A stretch of 64,000 nt of DNA, taken from positions 186,001 through 250,000 of the forward strand of contig JAAOMT010000543.1 of assembly GCA_016748015.1 (NCBI GenBank). Reading direction: 5' to 3'. Each line of letters begins with the position of its first letter. Positions within the stretch are counted from its first letter, which is position 1. Of the stretch, positions 11,527-24,393 are shown piece by piece. The notes below the pieces were generated by a model. The model saw nothing but the letters and a program-made list of their open reading frames with translations, ran no database searches and was not told the origin of the DNA. The translations under genes and the position numbers were made by a program. This DNA is from Geosiphon pyriformis uo1. Taxonomy: Eukaryota; Fungi; Glomeromycota.

Positions 11527-13802
11527 AAAGGGTAATGAAGATTTTATATGCAAGCTTACAAACCTGGTTTCTAAGACCATTGTAGCTCTGCTTCGTAGTC
11601 TTCTAGATATTCACAAAATCCCTTTTTCCATACTGCTCTCAGTGAGTTTAGCTTGGAGCTGTTGTTGAAGAAAGGTTGCATTGCCTCGAGATATCTGGTG
11701 GGAATATATGTGTATAATGCATTTTAAAAAAAGTTTGCAAGAATATATAAGTTAATAAATATACAGTATCAGAAATATTCCTATTTTTGTTTAGTTTCAG
11801 ACTTTTATCAAAACTTTACGCGTCACTTTACGTGGTAAAAAAAAATTTTTCTAAACTGGGAAAGAGCAGGGATGTTAACTTGTCGACCCTGAACGATTCT
11901 TTTACCAGGATGATCATAGCCATGTGACAAAGCATAGGACCTCAGAATAATCGCAAAAGATCGATATAAAATGATCGCGATGTGACGCAAACACGGCTTC
12001 TTTTATACAAAATGAAACTATTTTGCATAACGGAAACTTCTGAGAAATCTTGTCAAGCATGTTAATAAAAAATCTTGACATGAAATTCTTTTTTCTAATT
12101 GGTTAATATATTGGTTTTTATTTGATTAAAACTTAGATAAAATAAAATAACTAGTAATTATAAAGTAGAATGTATATTAAAGATATATAAGAAATATAAA
12201 ATTTTTATTTGGTATTTACTTAAAATATATTCACAAATTATAAAGTACATATATATAATAAATAAAATATATACAAAAAACTATAATGTATATTGTATAT
12301 TTTTATTATTAGTTATTAGGTACAGTTTAATTATTATTTATTATAATACAGCCAAAAAAAACTTTAAAATAGAAATAATTTATGACCAAATACTTAGACT
12401 AATCAAAATAAAATTATATATTATATATTATTATATTGTTAACAGCACCACAGATTTTAAAAAACAAATCAAAAATAAGATTAAAACTAATAATACAACC
12501 AAAATTTACTAGCAAATTATAAACAAAATTTTTATTATAAACTATATTCTTAAAATAAAATAAAATTAAACCACTAAAATTTATTACAATAAATATTATT
12601 TAATATTAAACTTTTTTTTTATATTTTACTTTTAGTTTAAAGCTTAATAGTTTTTAATACTTAATATTTAATTTTTTTGCTTTTTTTAATAAATTTAGTA
12701 AATTATAAAAAACTTTTTTTTTTCTTATGTCTAAAATTCTCCAAAGAACATATTCTCAAAGAAAAAATTTTTTTATTTATATTTTTTTTTGTTGCATGTT
12801 ATTTAATATTTTTCAAATTAATAATCTATTTATAATAAACTTAGTAATTACTTTAAGCAATAGTATATCTAAAAAAAAGCATTTAAAAAGGTTTTTTATA
12901 GTCTTATTAATGGTTTTTTGTTTTAAAAAAAAAGAGTTTTTTTTGGCAATATCAAATATTTTAGTAATGAGAAAATTATTTTTTTGGTCAAGTTTAGTTT
13001 TAGTAATAGTATTTATTTGAATATAAATAATAAATTTAGTAATAATAATAACAGTAGTATTTTAGCTAATATTAATAATAAATTTTTTTGAATTTAATAA
13101 CTATTACTCTTAAGACTAAAAAAATAAATATTGGTTTAAATTATGGTTTTTCTCTTGGCTCTCTTAATTTTGACATAAAAAAAAATAATAAATCTTTTTT
13201 ATTCTTTTTTAATATTTTTTTAAATAAAAAATAAGTTAATTCCAAAATTGTAAAAACTCAAATAAAAGTTTCTGTTAAAAATTTTTTGCTTTGAATATTA
13301 ATTTTTTAACAATTAAAAAAAAATTAACAATAATAAAAATACAGATTATTAGAAAATTTTTTTCAAAAGTAAATAGTTTTAAAAAAAACTATTACTTTTT
13401 TAAAATTTCAAAAAATCATTAAATTTATATTTATTTTTGAAAAAAACTGTTTTATTGGCTAGTAAAAATGATATTATAGTAAACAACAATCTTAAAAAAC
13501 AAGATTTCCTTTTAAATTAAACTATAATCATTAAAAAATTTCTATAAATATGTCTAAGAATATAATTATTACTATAATATCTAAATATAAACAGATAATA
13601 TTAATCTAATTATAATTAATTAGGTTGTAATAGAATTTGCTGAATTAAATTAAACAAACAATCTGATAGCTAAATAATTTTTTTTAATTAATAAAGACTT
13701 AATACATATAATTAAAGCTATAAATAATTATAATTTTTAAATGTTTAAAAATTAATTTAAGGCATTTTGTTTATTTTGTCTGTAAAAACTACTGTTTATA
13801 AT

Positions 13803-16800
13803 TTTTTTTTATTAAAAAATTTACAAATAAAGCTCAACTATTATTTAATATATAGATTTAAATTAAGTGAAACAAACTAAATACAACTTATGCTTTTATT
13901 ATATATGGTCAACTACTTGGGCCAAATAAGACAATATTATATATCTATATAAACAAAAACATTCTCATCTAAACCAGAAAAAAATGCACAGTTTGTGCTT
14001 ACCAAAACTAATTACAAAAGCTTTTATAATCTCAAGTATCTAAACTATTTTATTTAATAAAATAGACATTACTCTATAAAACAAACCTAAAACCAAACTA
14101 TTATTTTTGACCAACCCAGTTTTTTTTATATCTACTCTATATTTAGACTTCATAAGCCATATTTTAGTATAATACAATTTTACTAAATGTTCTACATAAT
14201 TAATAAGAGCAAAAACAGTTTCTTTTTTTTTATTAAAAACCATGACAGTCTCAGCATATTATTTATTTAGCACAAATTTCATGCAAATTGCAGTATAGAG
14301 ACTTAAATCTGAAAAACATAAAAAAAATATTTACAAAACAGCAGAAAAAAACAAACAAGCAGCACTTATTAATAATATCTATTTCTTAAAAGTCTTAACC
14401 AAAATGTTTTTTTGAATATCAATATTTTTAACATAAGTAAAAATATGGTTAAAAAACTTTACTTTATTACACAACAAATACAGCATATTAAAATACACCT
14501 TATTATACAACTTTTTTTTAACTACTATAGATAGTTATTCATATACAGTTTTTATCAAATATGTACATTAGTTAACAGATTTTTTACTAGTAAATTCAGA
14601 AAACATGTGCAAATTAGAATGTTAAACTCTTGTAGTAGCTATCCAATTTATTTTTTTAATTATTATACTTAAAACTACATTAAAACCAAGATCAGCTTCT
14701 CAATCAACATAACAAATAGACCTGTACAAATCATGAACAAAATGATGAGCATTATCAAATACAGCTATCTCATTAGCCATTAAAAACTATTTATGAATTT
14801 TAACTGGCAATAAAAAAGGAGAGTTAGTAATCTTATCTGCTAATGTATTAGTCTGAATATTGCCAGAAATATCTGAATGTTCTTTAATTTTTACCCACAT
14901 AACAGAAAAATTTTTATTCTTAATCATATTAGTAATATGTTTTCTTTTAATTTAATACTAATTATAGAAATTAGGTATAGCAAACAAAATCTCAAATAAA
15001 TATGCATTAATTGCAAATTGGTTATTCAGATATAAAAATATAGCACAAGAAGATAGAACACACTCTAATGTCAGTGCAATAGCTTGTAATTCAGCTAATA
15101 TAAAGAACAAAAGCCTATACATTTTTATGCCAATATCCATATTCAAAGCTGGAAAATAAGCAGTTGTCTCAGTAGTAATCTTAATAAAACCATCACACTT
15201 TAAAGAACTGTCTGTGTAAATTTCAATAAAACTGGACCAAATCTTAAGCAAACTTCTATATATATTAAAGAATTTATTAGACATTAAAATATTCAATTTA
15301 TGCAATCCATAAGTATTAGCAAATTCAACTGCTAAAAAATTTATCTTACTCAAAAACACAGATGTTAACTTAAACCAAAAAGGCACAAGACTCCTAAGAT
15401 TCAACTTTTTCCACTTCTAAAATGTCTTTCAATTTATAATACTTCCTTTTTTGTTTAAAAATCTGTCACTAAAAGCAATATTAAATCATTTTAAAAAAAA
15501 ACAGAACTATAATACAGAGTTTTTTCCAAAATATTAGATATTAGAATCTTATCAGAACCATAAAAAGCACTGGACAATTGTTTACCAAAAATAAATTATT
15601 GTCCAAAAAAATCTTAACCATTCTGGCCAAAAAATTGTTTATTAAATTAACATATAACTTAACAAAAAATTGCAAAAAATTCAAAAAAAAACTATTTTAA
15701 AACCTGCAAATTCAAGAATCTATGTTTAAACAAATACCCAAAAATGTTTAGTGCATTAAAAAAGACAATTAATAAAGCCAATTTTTCTTCAGGCTGTATT
15801 TGTTCAAAAGGTTTCAGACTATACAAAAATAAATAATACAAAGTCTTACTGAAAAAGTTGTTTAGTAAACCAGTTTTGGCCTTAAAACTTCTTTTAATTA
15901 TTACATCTCACTTATAATACACACCTAATAAAATAAAACTAAACTGCAACCAATAGCTAATTATGAGCTATAAAACAGTTAATATCTAATAAAAAAACTG
16001 TTTATTCATAATTATTTTTTTCAATACCATATTGGAAAAAAATTTGACATCTGTATAAGTTTAAGCCAAACTAGACTTAAAAAAACTCTTAATTGACAAA
16101 AAAATACTCAAGTATTTGTGTGATTTATTTTTTTTAATAATTAAAATTGACAGATTACTAATTATTAATAAAACATTCTTAATACCTTGATTAATAGGAA
16201 TAATCATTGTCTTTTTATTATTAATTAAAATGTTTTTAATATTAAAAAACTTACTTGCAATATTTAAAATATACTACATAGAAGCTTGGCTACTCTCAAT
16301 CCAAATTGTATTATTAATAAAAACACCAGCAGCAAAAAATAAAGTTTTTTTACCATCAGCCTTAATTCTACCAATCTTGGTCACATATCTAGTATTAATT
16401 TGGTATTTACACAAGTGTTTATGCTTTTTAACTTTACACAAAAACGAATCATAAAAATTTTTCTAAAGAAAAAAAGAAAAAATCTTATTCTAATCCAACT
16501 TATTATGTACTTTGTAACTACTTGAAAACCCAAAATTAGTTATTATTTTATTGATCCAATCTTCATATATGTTGCCAAAAAATTTAATAAACTGATTGCA
16601 TATCTTAATATGTTGTAAGTTAGCTTTTAGATGATATTACTTTACTAAATCATAAGTTTTTTACATATTCTATAAAACCAAACAAAGCTTTTTATTTTTC
16701 TTTAGTGTATCTTTAACCACTAATTCAATTGCAAAAATAGAAGACTAAGTTGAAATACCTTTCAATACCAAAAAGTTGTTATCATAAAGAACATCAAATT

Positions 16801-19800
16801 TGCTGTATGCTAAGGATATCCAATCAGAGAGAATTTTGGACAAGATTTTTTTAGCTGTCTTAATTAGTACAATATATTAAGTATTTATTAAAATACCATT
16901 CTATTTATAAGATTTGAAGATTATAAAAACTTATGCTTTTTTTTAAGAAACTGAAACCACATCCAAAGTCAAACACAAATTCAGTAATTTTAAAAGGCAT
17001 TTTAATATCTTATTATTACAATGTTTCCAAAGTTTATTAGGTATTCCAAACAACTCAGCAGTCTTGCCATTTGGCAAATTACCAAATACTAAAGCTAATT
17101 CTTCCAAATTAATCTTATATATTACACCAAAAAAAACATTATTATCTACATAATTTAAAGACATATATTAGCAAAATCAAAGCTCAAGCATTCTTAAAAA
17201 CATTAACTATTTTTTTGTCTATCCTTCTATAATTTTATCAACTTTTAAGTTTTACTTCCTTAGACTCTGCCACTAATTCATCTCTTACTACCAAGTAATC
17301 TAATACAACTTTGCAAAAAGATTGTTTTAAAATACTCTTTATTATCTATTTTTTGTTAAAGCAAAAATTTTTTATATGTTATTTAATTGTTTTCTTAATA
17401 ACTGTATTTTCAGATATTTTTAACTTATAATATTTAGATTGCTAATACTTTTTTTTAACTAATAACAAATATCTAATAATGTCTGTTAATCTTACACAAT
17501 CTTGAATCATGTTGATTATCTTAAATACTATTATTAGAGATTTTTAGTCTCTTTTTTCAAATATAATTAATGTTTATTTGCTGTTAATTCATGTTTTTGA
17601 AAGCTAGTAAACTTTCAATAACTGAATTTATTTTCAAATTATTTCCTATAATTTGAACTGCTGGATTTATAAATAAAATAGCCAATTTTGTGCCAATTTC
17701 TTTATATAGTTACATTGTAGTAAACATCAATTTTTTCCCAGGAATTGCTTATTTAAAAGCTCATTAAAATATATAATTATTTTACTGTAAAAGTCAACTT
17801 TTTTACAAAAATCTTGTCTGTAGACTACCTTAATGATTATGATAAAAAAAATAAAAAAAAATAAAAAAAATATAAAAGAAATAAAATTTTATTAAAGAAA
17901 TTGTTTTTTGTTTAAACCTGGAGTTATTAACAGATTATTGAAATTAATAGCTAATTAATTTCAAAATATTAATTAGGTGTTTTGAAAATTTCAAGTGTAA
18001 ATAATTAAGAAATTTGGTTTTCAAATATTTGATGTTTTTATTGCTTTTGGTAAAGTTAATTAATTTTACTTAAGATAATTCTAAGTAAAATAAGATATAT
18101 TTTCTTAAAAAAAGAAGCTTTTTTTTATATAACTTGCTATAATACTAGTTTATAAACTTGAACTTTCTTCTTTGTTATAATTTCAACAAACTAAAGATAT
18201 ATTTTAATAAACTACAAGTTATTTCAATAAATTATTTACTATTTTGGTGAATTATCTATTATTTTGGCAAATTTCTACAAATTTTAGTGAATTCTTAAAT
18301 GTTACATAGTTTGGAATATTATTTAATTTGATTATTCTAATTTTTATTGTATAAATCAGGTTATTAATTAAATAATAAGTGATAATTTGAAGTGATATTA
18401 ATATATACTAATTAATATGAAGAATTATAAGAATAATTTTATGCTAGTTAATAACTAAAATTCTACTAGTAATAATGCTTCAACATTATCAACCAACAAC
18501 CAAATATTGACAAGATGCTTAAACTCTAACAGATTATCAGAACACTATTTCTTTACAATCTTAATTCTAAGTAGTTTTAACTTAAAAAATCTTGATAATA
18601 ATTTGTTTTTTGCATAATTATATTTACTATATCAATATTTAGAGAACACTACATCAGCAGATTGCATTATAGTCTCTTTTAGCACCTCTCATATTGTATT
18701 CAAATTACAATGATTTTTTGCTTTTTCAAATATATTAGACTTTGCCAACAACTTACCAAAAACATGTTCTTTATATTGCATCTATTTAACATTATTAGCA
18801 TTTTTAATCTTAAACTCCCATCAATTTTGATTAATTTGCTTATAGATTCTATTAAGACAAATATCTAAAAAACTACTTAAACTAATTGAAACTAAGACCA
18901 CTTTATATTTAGTATTGAAAAATTTTAACATAATATTAATCTTATAACTTGTAACTATAGACACCAGATTTTTATTTACAAATATAAAATTCAACACTTT
19001 TTTAACACCTCTAAAATTGTTCTAAATAAAAGTTTTACCCAAAAAATGCTTATTAAAAATATTAACCAGACTCAAATCTAAACAAAACTCACTTTTTTTG
19101 GATTTATTTTTATTAAAATCTTTATCTAAAACCACAAAAGAACTAGAATTAACCACTTTGAAGATAACAAAATTGATAATAAAAGTTTAATCAAACTGCA
19201 CACCAGCAGAAATCCCAGCTTATAAATCCAAAATTATAGCCAAAAGCTTGTCTTTAAACAAAAACCATATAAAAATTAAATGACCTAGAACTTTATCCAT
19301 CTTAGAAACATAATGAGCCAAAGAACTATTTATAATTATGGTAATGTTTGCACCTAGAAAACCAATATTTAAACCAGAAGTAAAAATTTAAACTCTATCA
19401 AACTTATTAATGATCTTTAGTTTTTGTGATAATTAAAATTATATTTTTTAATTCTATATATTAATGAACAATATTTTTCTGCTTAACAGAAATATTGAAA
19501 CTCTGAATTTTGTACATAACAACCTTCCAAACCAGATCTGTTATTAAAAAAAATAAGACTCTAATTCCAAAACAAGATTGTTAACTTTGGCTGAAAGACC
19601 CATAACTGTATTTGAGAGATTTATTAAGCCATTTTTTAATTTAAAAACTATTAATGAATCTAAAAACACTGCTTTTACAACAGTTTTACTACCAGTAAAT
19701 AATCTAAACTCTCATTTATCACTATATTTGCCCTTTGATTCTGTAATAAAAGAGTCATCAACAGCTAACATTCAGAGCTAAGCTGAAAAACTATTGGCCC

Positions 19801-21538
19801 AAGTGTATTCAACTTTTTAGTCAGTTTGTTAATCTGTTTTGTAAAACTGACAAGACCATATTTAAGAGTAACAAACCTATTTTTTACATTCAAAAAAACC
19901 AGCAGAAATAGTTTAGTATCCAAAGATAAATTAATATTAAAAAAAACCAAAAACACTATATAAGAAATAGAACCACCAATAATCTGTTACTCAAGTCTTT
20001 TTACCAAATAAAACAGGACAAGTAATTAGCATCTGTTTTTTTTTATATATGTTTGCCAGACAGATTTAATCTTAAGAGATAACCAATTATTTGCTATAAC
20101 TACATAAATTTTTACCTATTGAATACATACTAGAAACATGACCAAAATAATTGTACTAAGCACAATAGGCCAAAAAAAAGCCAGCCCAACACAAATTCAT
20201 ATTCCTAAAAACTAATGTAAAACCAATAGCAGTCTTTTTAAAAGTCTTATCAGCAAAACAAACTACAATACATCTGTTATATACATAAAAATTTGGATTA
20301 CAGCCAATAAAACAAGTTTTTTCACTATATAATTCTAGCAAATCAAAAAAATCATAAACAGTAGTATTAATTGGCAAAGTATACAACAAAGTTTAATAAA
20401 AATTTTTTGACACTTACAATTGTTTATTATTGATTGCCAAAGCCATATACACAGAATTTTTTCCATAAAAACTGACTAATTGGAAACAATTAAGTTGGCA
20501 ATATTTAATGATTCAAATTCAACTAAGACCTTTTGTCAAAGACCAATTAGCTGTATTTTAATTAAAATAATTTTGTCAAATTTAGAAAAGACCAATTCTA
20601 CTACTAATTTGAAAAGATTAATAGAAATCTTCTTAACAATTACCTTTTAATCTGTATAGTTGTTTGGTTTTTTAATATTATTATTAACCAGAATTTTCTT
20701 ACTAATTGTCAATTTTTTTGCCTTTTTTAAACTCAATTTAGATATAAAAAAAATCTGATTATTTCAGAAAATTTTGAAGAAGTAGAGGCTTTTCCAAAAC
20801 TATTTACATAATAGAAGATTTTTTTCATAGCAATTAACTTATTACTATTAGTTTTGCTAAACACAACAGACAATTCAACATCCAATATAAACAATTTAAC
20901 AGGCTTAAAGTTCCACTTTTTCAAAACACATGACTCAACCAATTGCAATTGCTTAGAGCCAACAAACTTAAAAAATAGAAGCACCAAAACATTGTTATCA
21001 TTGCTTATATTAATAAATAAAAGTGTTTTTAGAGAGTAATCTAACACATACATTTGAGTGCAAGTTTTTTTTGGCATAGTTTTATCCATATTTTTATTAC
21101 CTACCAAAACATCTAAATTTACATAACTTGTTTCTTTAGCAATTGTGTTTTTTATATTTTTAATATTTAAAAGACTATTAATACTACTTATAATATTATC
21201 AACATTGTTTCTTTTGAACATTATTGGTTTAATATTAGCTTTGCTAATATTTTTCAAACTCAAAAAGCCAGCAGACAAGTTAACCACACTACTGGCTACA
21301 AGTTTTTTTGGTTTTTTATAAGATATACTATGAAAGTAAACACTTTTCACATGTTTTTTTGGTGCTTAGACAGGTTTTCAAACCAGTCAAATCAGAACCA
21401 GAATTATTAGCAAATGTGTTTACTAATTTTATTATAATAAAAGAAGTTGTATAAAAAAAATAACTAAAAAAAACAAAAAAAAAAAAAAAAAACTAGTTCT
21501 TTAAAAAATCTTTTGCTCTTATTATGATCAGAGAATTA
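13803..21538 (-). mobile_element. Full-length degenerate LINE (ORF1 + APE-RT-RNase H ORF2) containing a solo LTR
   Basis: Poly(T) at 13802-13810. ORF remnants 20733..21350 and 20156..20389 (ORF1), 16943..17164 (pre-RT), and 14958..15404 (RNase H IYTDSS...AELQAI). 12-bp TSD ACTGTTTATAAT (13791-13802) / ACTGTTTACAAT (21539-21550). Confidence 0.88.
17529..18474 (-). mobile_element. Solo LTR of Gypsy family A
   Basis: Colinear with the LTRs at 31402-32363 and 42797-43790. Ends are TATTA...TAATA (mutated TGTTA...TAACA), with a 4-bp TSD ATAC/ATGC. Confidence 0.85.
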
Positions 21539-22593
21539 ACTGTTTACAATCTTAGTTTTTTATTAGAAAGAGTTAATAATAAAACATATATAATTAATTA
21601 TTTTTTTAAAACTAATAATAAAATTTGTTATACTGTAGTTAATTTTAAATTAAATAATAACTTAAAATTAATCTTTTATATAAAGCTAATTTTTGGTAGT
21701 ATAAGACTTTTTTGGACTAAATTAAACCTAGTTTATAATAAAAAATATAAGTGTTTTGGATATTTTGTTTTTTAATATAATATTACTAATACTGTTGTCT
21801 CTGTTTTAAAATATATTTATAAAAAATTTGTTTTAGATAAAAATTGTTTTCAGTTAACTCATTTTTATGTCAAAAAAAAGTTTTTATTTTGTAACTAATA
21901 GTTTTTGGTAGCAAGTTTTAAGCACAAATAGTTTTTTTAATAGATATTTTTATTGAATTTATCATATTGTTTATGCTGGTTTTTTATTTTTTGGTATTTT
22001 TTTTATGTTATTAAAAATCTGCTGTCTAGTTTGGCTATTTTTGTTAATATTTGTTTGGTGTTTTTGAAAAAAATTTTGAAACTTTTGGCTAATTAAGTAT
22101 TTGATATTTTTTGTAAGTTAAACAGTCTAAATTTAGATCTTTATATGTCTATATTTTTTTTTTTCTCTAAAAAAATGCTGGTTTTTAATATCAATCTGAA
22201 CTTAGATATAATTACAAATAACTTAAATAAAATTTTATTTTTTTTTCTGCAATAAATATTTTAAATTCTTTTTTTTGAATATAAATGATACAAAAATTTT
22301 TATTTTTAAGATAAAAAGTATAAAATTTAAGATAATTATAATAGAAGTCTTTATAAACTCTATTTTGACAAAATTAAATCAGTTGAATATAATTTTAAAT
22401 TTTATGACATTATTTTTATTCTAAAATTCATTTATTATTGTTGGAAAAAAAAAAAATTTCTTTCTCTCCTTCGTCCAAAATTTCCAAAAAAGAGTCTAAA
22501 GTTTTTTTCGAAAGAAGTTTTTTTACCATTCAGTACAATAAATCAAAACTGTTTTTTGATTATGAGACCACTATTGGCTCTGTTATTGCTGTT

Positions 22594-24393
22594 ATGAAGA
22601 AGGCTACCAAAGTTTCTGGTTCTGAGGGTGGTTTTAAGACGGTTACATCGAAGAAGAAAAGAAAAGGTGGTGTATTGGCAGAGAGTGTTAATAATAGTGT
22701 GGTTGCTGATAAAGCTCTTGGTAATCGTTCATGGGATTCTGAAACAGGTGACACTACTAAATCTGAGAGTATTGACATGGAAGAAAAGTGCTTGGTTGAG
22801 GAAATCAGTGTTGACTATGGAGAGGATGGTGCTTTCGCAGGAGGGGATCCTGATCAAACGCCTAAGAGTTTGTGTGTAAAGACCAAGAAGGTGTTAGGGA
22901 AGTCTCTGGGTGTGATTGATTATGGTACTGTCAATGTAGACAATGACGTGTTAGATGGTTCCTCCCTTCTCCCACCCCCTTTGCCTATTAAACCATCCGT
23001 TCAAGTGCCTATTCGCAAGTCTTTTGCTTTAAATATTGATCTCATGGCTGTTGCTAGGAAATCATCTCAGGAGAAATTGAACTTTGTCAGAAAAATTTTC
23101 TCAGATGTGAATGGTTTTGGGGGGGCCTCTGCTCCCTCAAAATTTGGTGGAATCATCTGAGCATCTTTCACTTCTGAAAAAGCGATGATGGTGGCTGCTC
23201 AATTGGCAAATAATCGTGGTGTTATGATAAACACCAATCTTAAGCATCCCATTAACAATCGTACGAATTGGGCAATTGTGTTGAAAGAAATTCCTGTGGG
23301 AACTTCCATCAAGGCAGTGCATGCAGCCATTTCTGAATTTGGGCTTATTAAATCGATCAAAATGTAGTTGGTGGGTCTATGGCAAAAGGCAATCATTGAA
23401 TTGGAAAATCAAATTCAGGCTGATCTCTTGGCGGCTAAATGGTCTGTCCTTATTGGGAAAGATGCAGTGTGTGTGGCCCGGGTCGATGTTGACAAGCAAA
23501 CATGAGACGCCAGAGATAAGTTCAGGGCTTTGCTTTACACTCTTCCTATAGACACCATTGCTCATGATCTTTGGGACTTCATTGGTTTGGTTGGTGGGAA
23601 AACATGTGTTATTGAACACAATTCTGTCAGTTATGTCCAAGCACGCTGTGCTACTGTGTGCTTCAATTCTGAGGGTAGCCTTATTCAGGCAATGGCAAAC
23701 ACTCCTGTTATAAAAGGCATTGGTCTCTGTTAGTTTCATTTGACCACAGCACTGTGCTCAATTTGCAGAAATTCTGGTCATACTTCTCTTGCTTGTTGTA
23801 CTGCTGGTGTGTCCTCAAGTCTTAGAAGCAAGAAAGCTCCTCTCTCAGCTCAGGATCAGCTCCATCTGGCTAAGATATATGAAAAAAAATCTGCACCCGT
23901 TTTCCGTCCTTTGGTTTTCGGTGGAAAAACCTGGGCCTCCATAGTTGGTAAACCACTTCTGTTAACGTTTTTTAGTAGTTCAGCTCAATCTGGTTCTGTA
24001 TCTTATGGTAAACCTCTCCTGACTGTTAGTGGTAAATTGGAAGACCATTTGAAGAATATTGAGAGCAGTCTTATCAGTCTTGCAGAACAAATTGGTGAGT
24101 TGGTTAAGAGGTTAGACTCATTCGTGCTGGCAGTTTCTCAGCCTAGCCCTGGATGTCAACTGCCGGTGACCCCCCCATCACAGAATCAAGGGGAGGATAT
24201 AGTGATGAGAGCGGGTTCAGATGATGCCACTAGTAACAAGACTGCTGCCGTTACAGGTTTAACTGCCTCACCTGAGGTTGTGAAATTGGAAAACATGTTG
24301 GAAGATCTCTCTGCTTCGGTCATGAGCCTATTGGCATGCTTAGATGGTTTGGCTTTGGCAGGTGGTGCTCTTCCTCTACCTTTTTCTCAATGA
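22594..24393 (+). pseudogene. LINE ORF1 (gag-like, CCHC zinc knuckle) with 4 in-frame stops
   Basis: Same-frame ORFs 22438..23160, 23185..23367, 23530..23733 and 23740..24393. Contains CSICRNSGHTSLAC (CX2CX4HX4C) and a coiled-coil-like C-terminus. Confidence 0.85.

Larger units (their letters stand above)
8718..11722 (-). pseudogene. Disrupted multi-exon gene of an uncharacterised family with a putative PD-(D/E)xK (restriction-endonuclease-like) C-terminal domain
   Basis: Minus-strand exons read ...EIMDLSPSSEF...NPLKNCDMLEDEFMNTYIHPMLKKAIL / RFSNICYIS|GNKAIDASAYRK...DRADGIAYT...YEIS...KE.SDY...RAAKDM...HRLFEIDTCEIPTD. It has frameshifts and an exonic insertion. A paralog lies at 62975+. The nuclease-fold call rests on motif spacing only. 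Confidence 0.65.

Noticed and set aside
11206-11668. Overlapping ORFs 11206..11406, 11227..11517, 11267..11482 and 11306..11668
   Set aside because: They are by-products of a GC-rich intronic repeat and are absent from the paralog.
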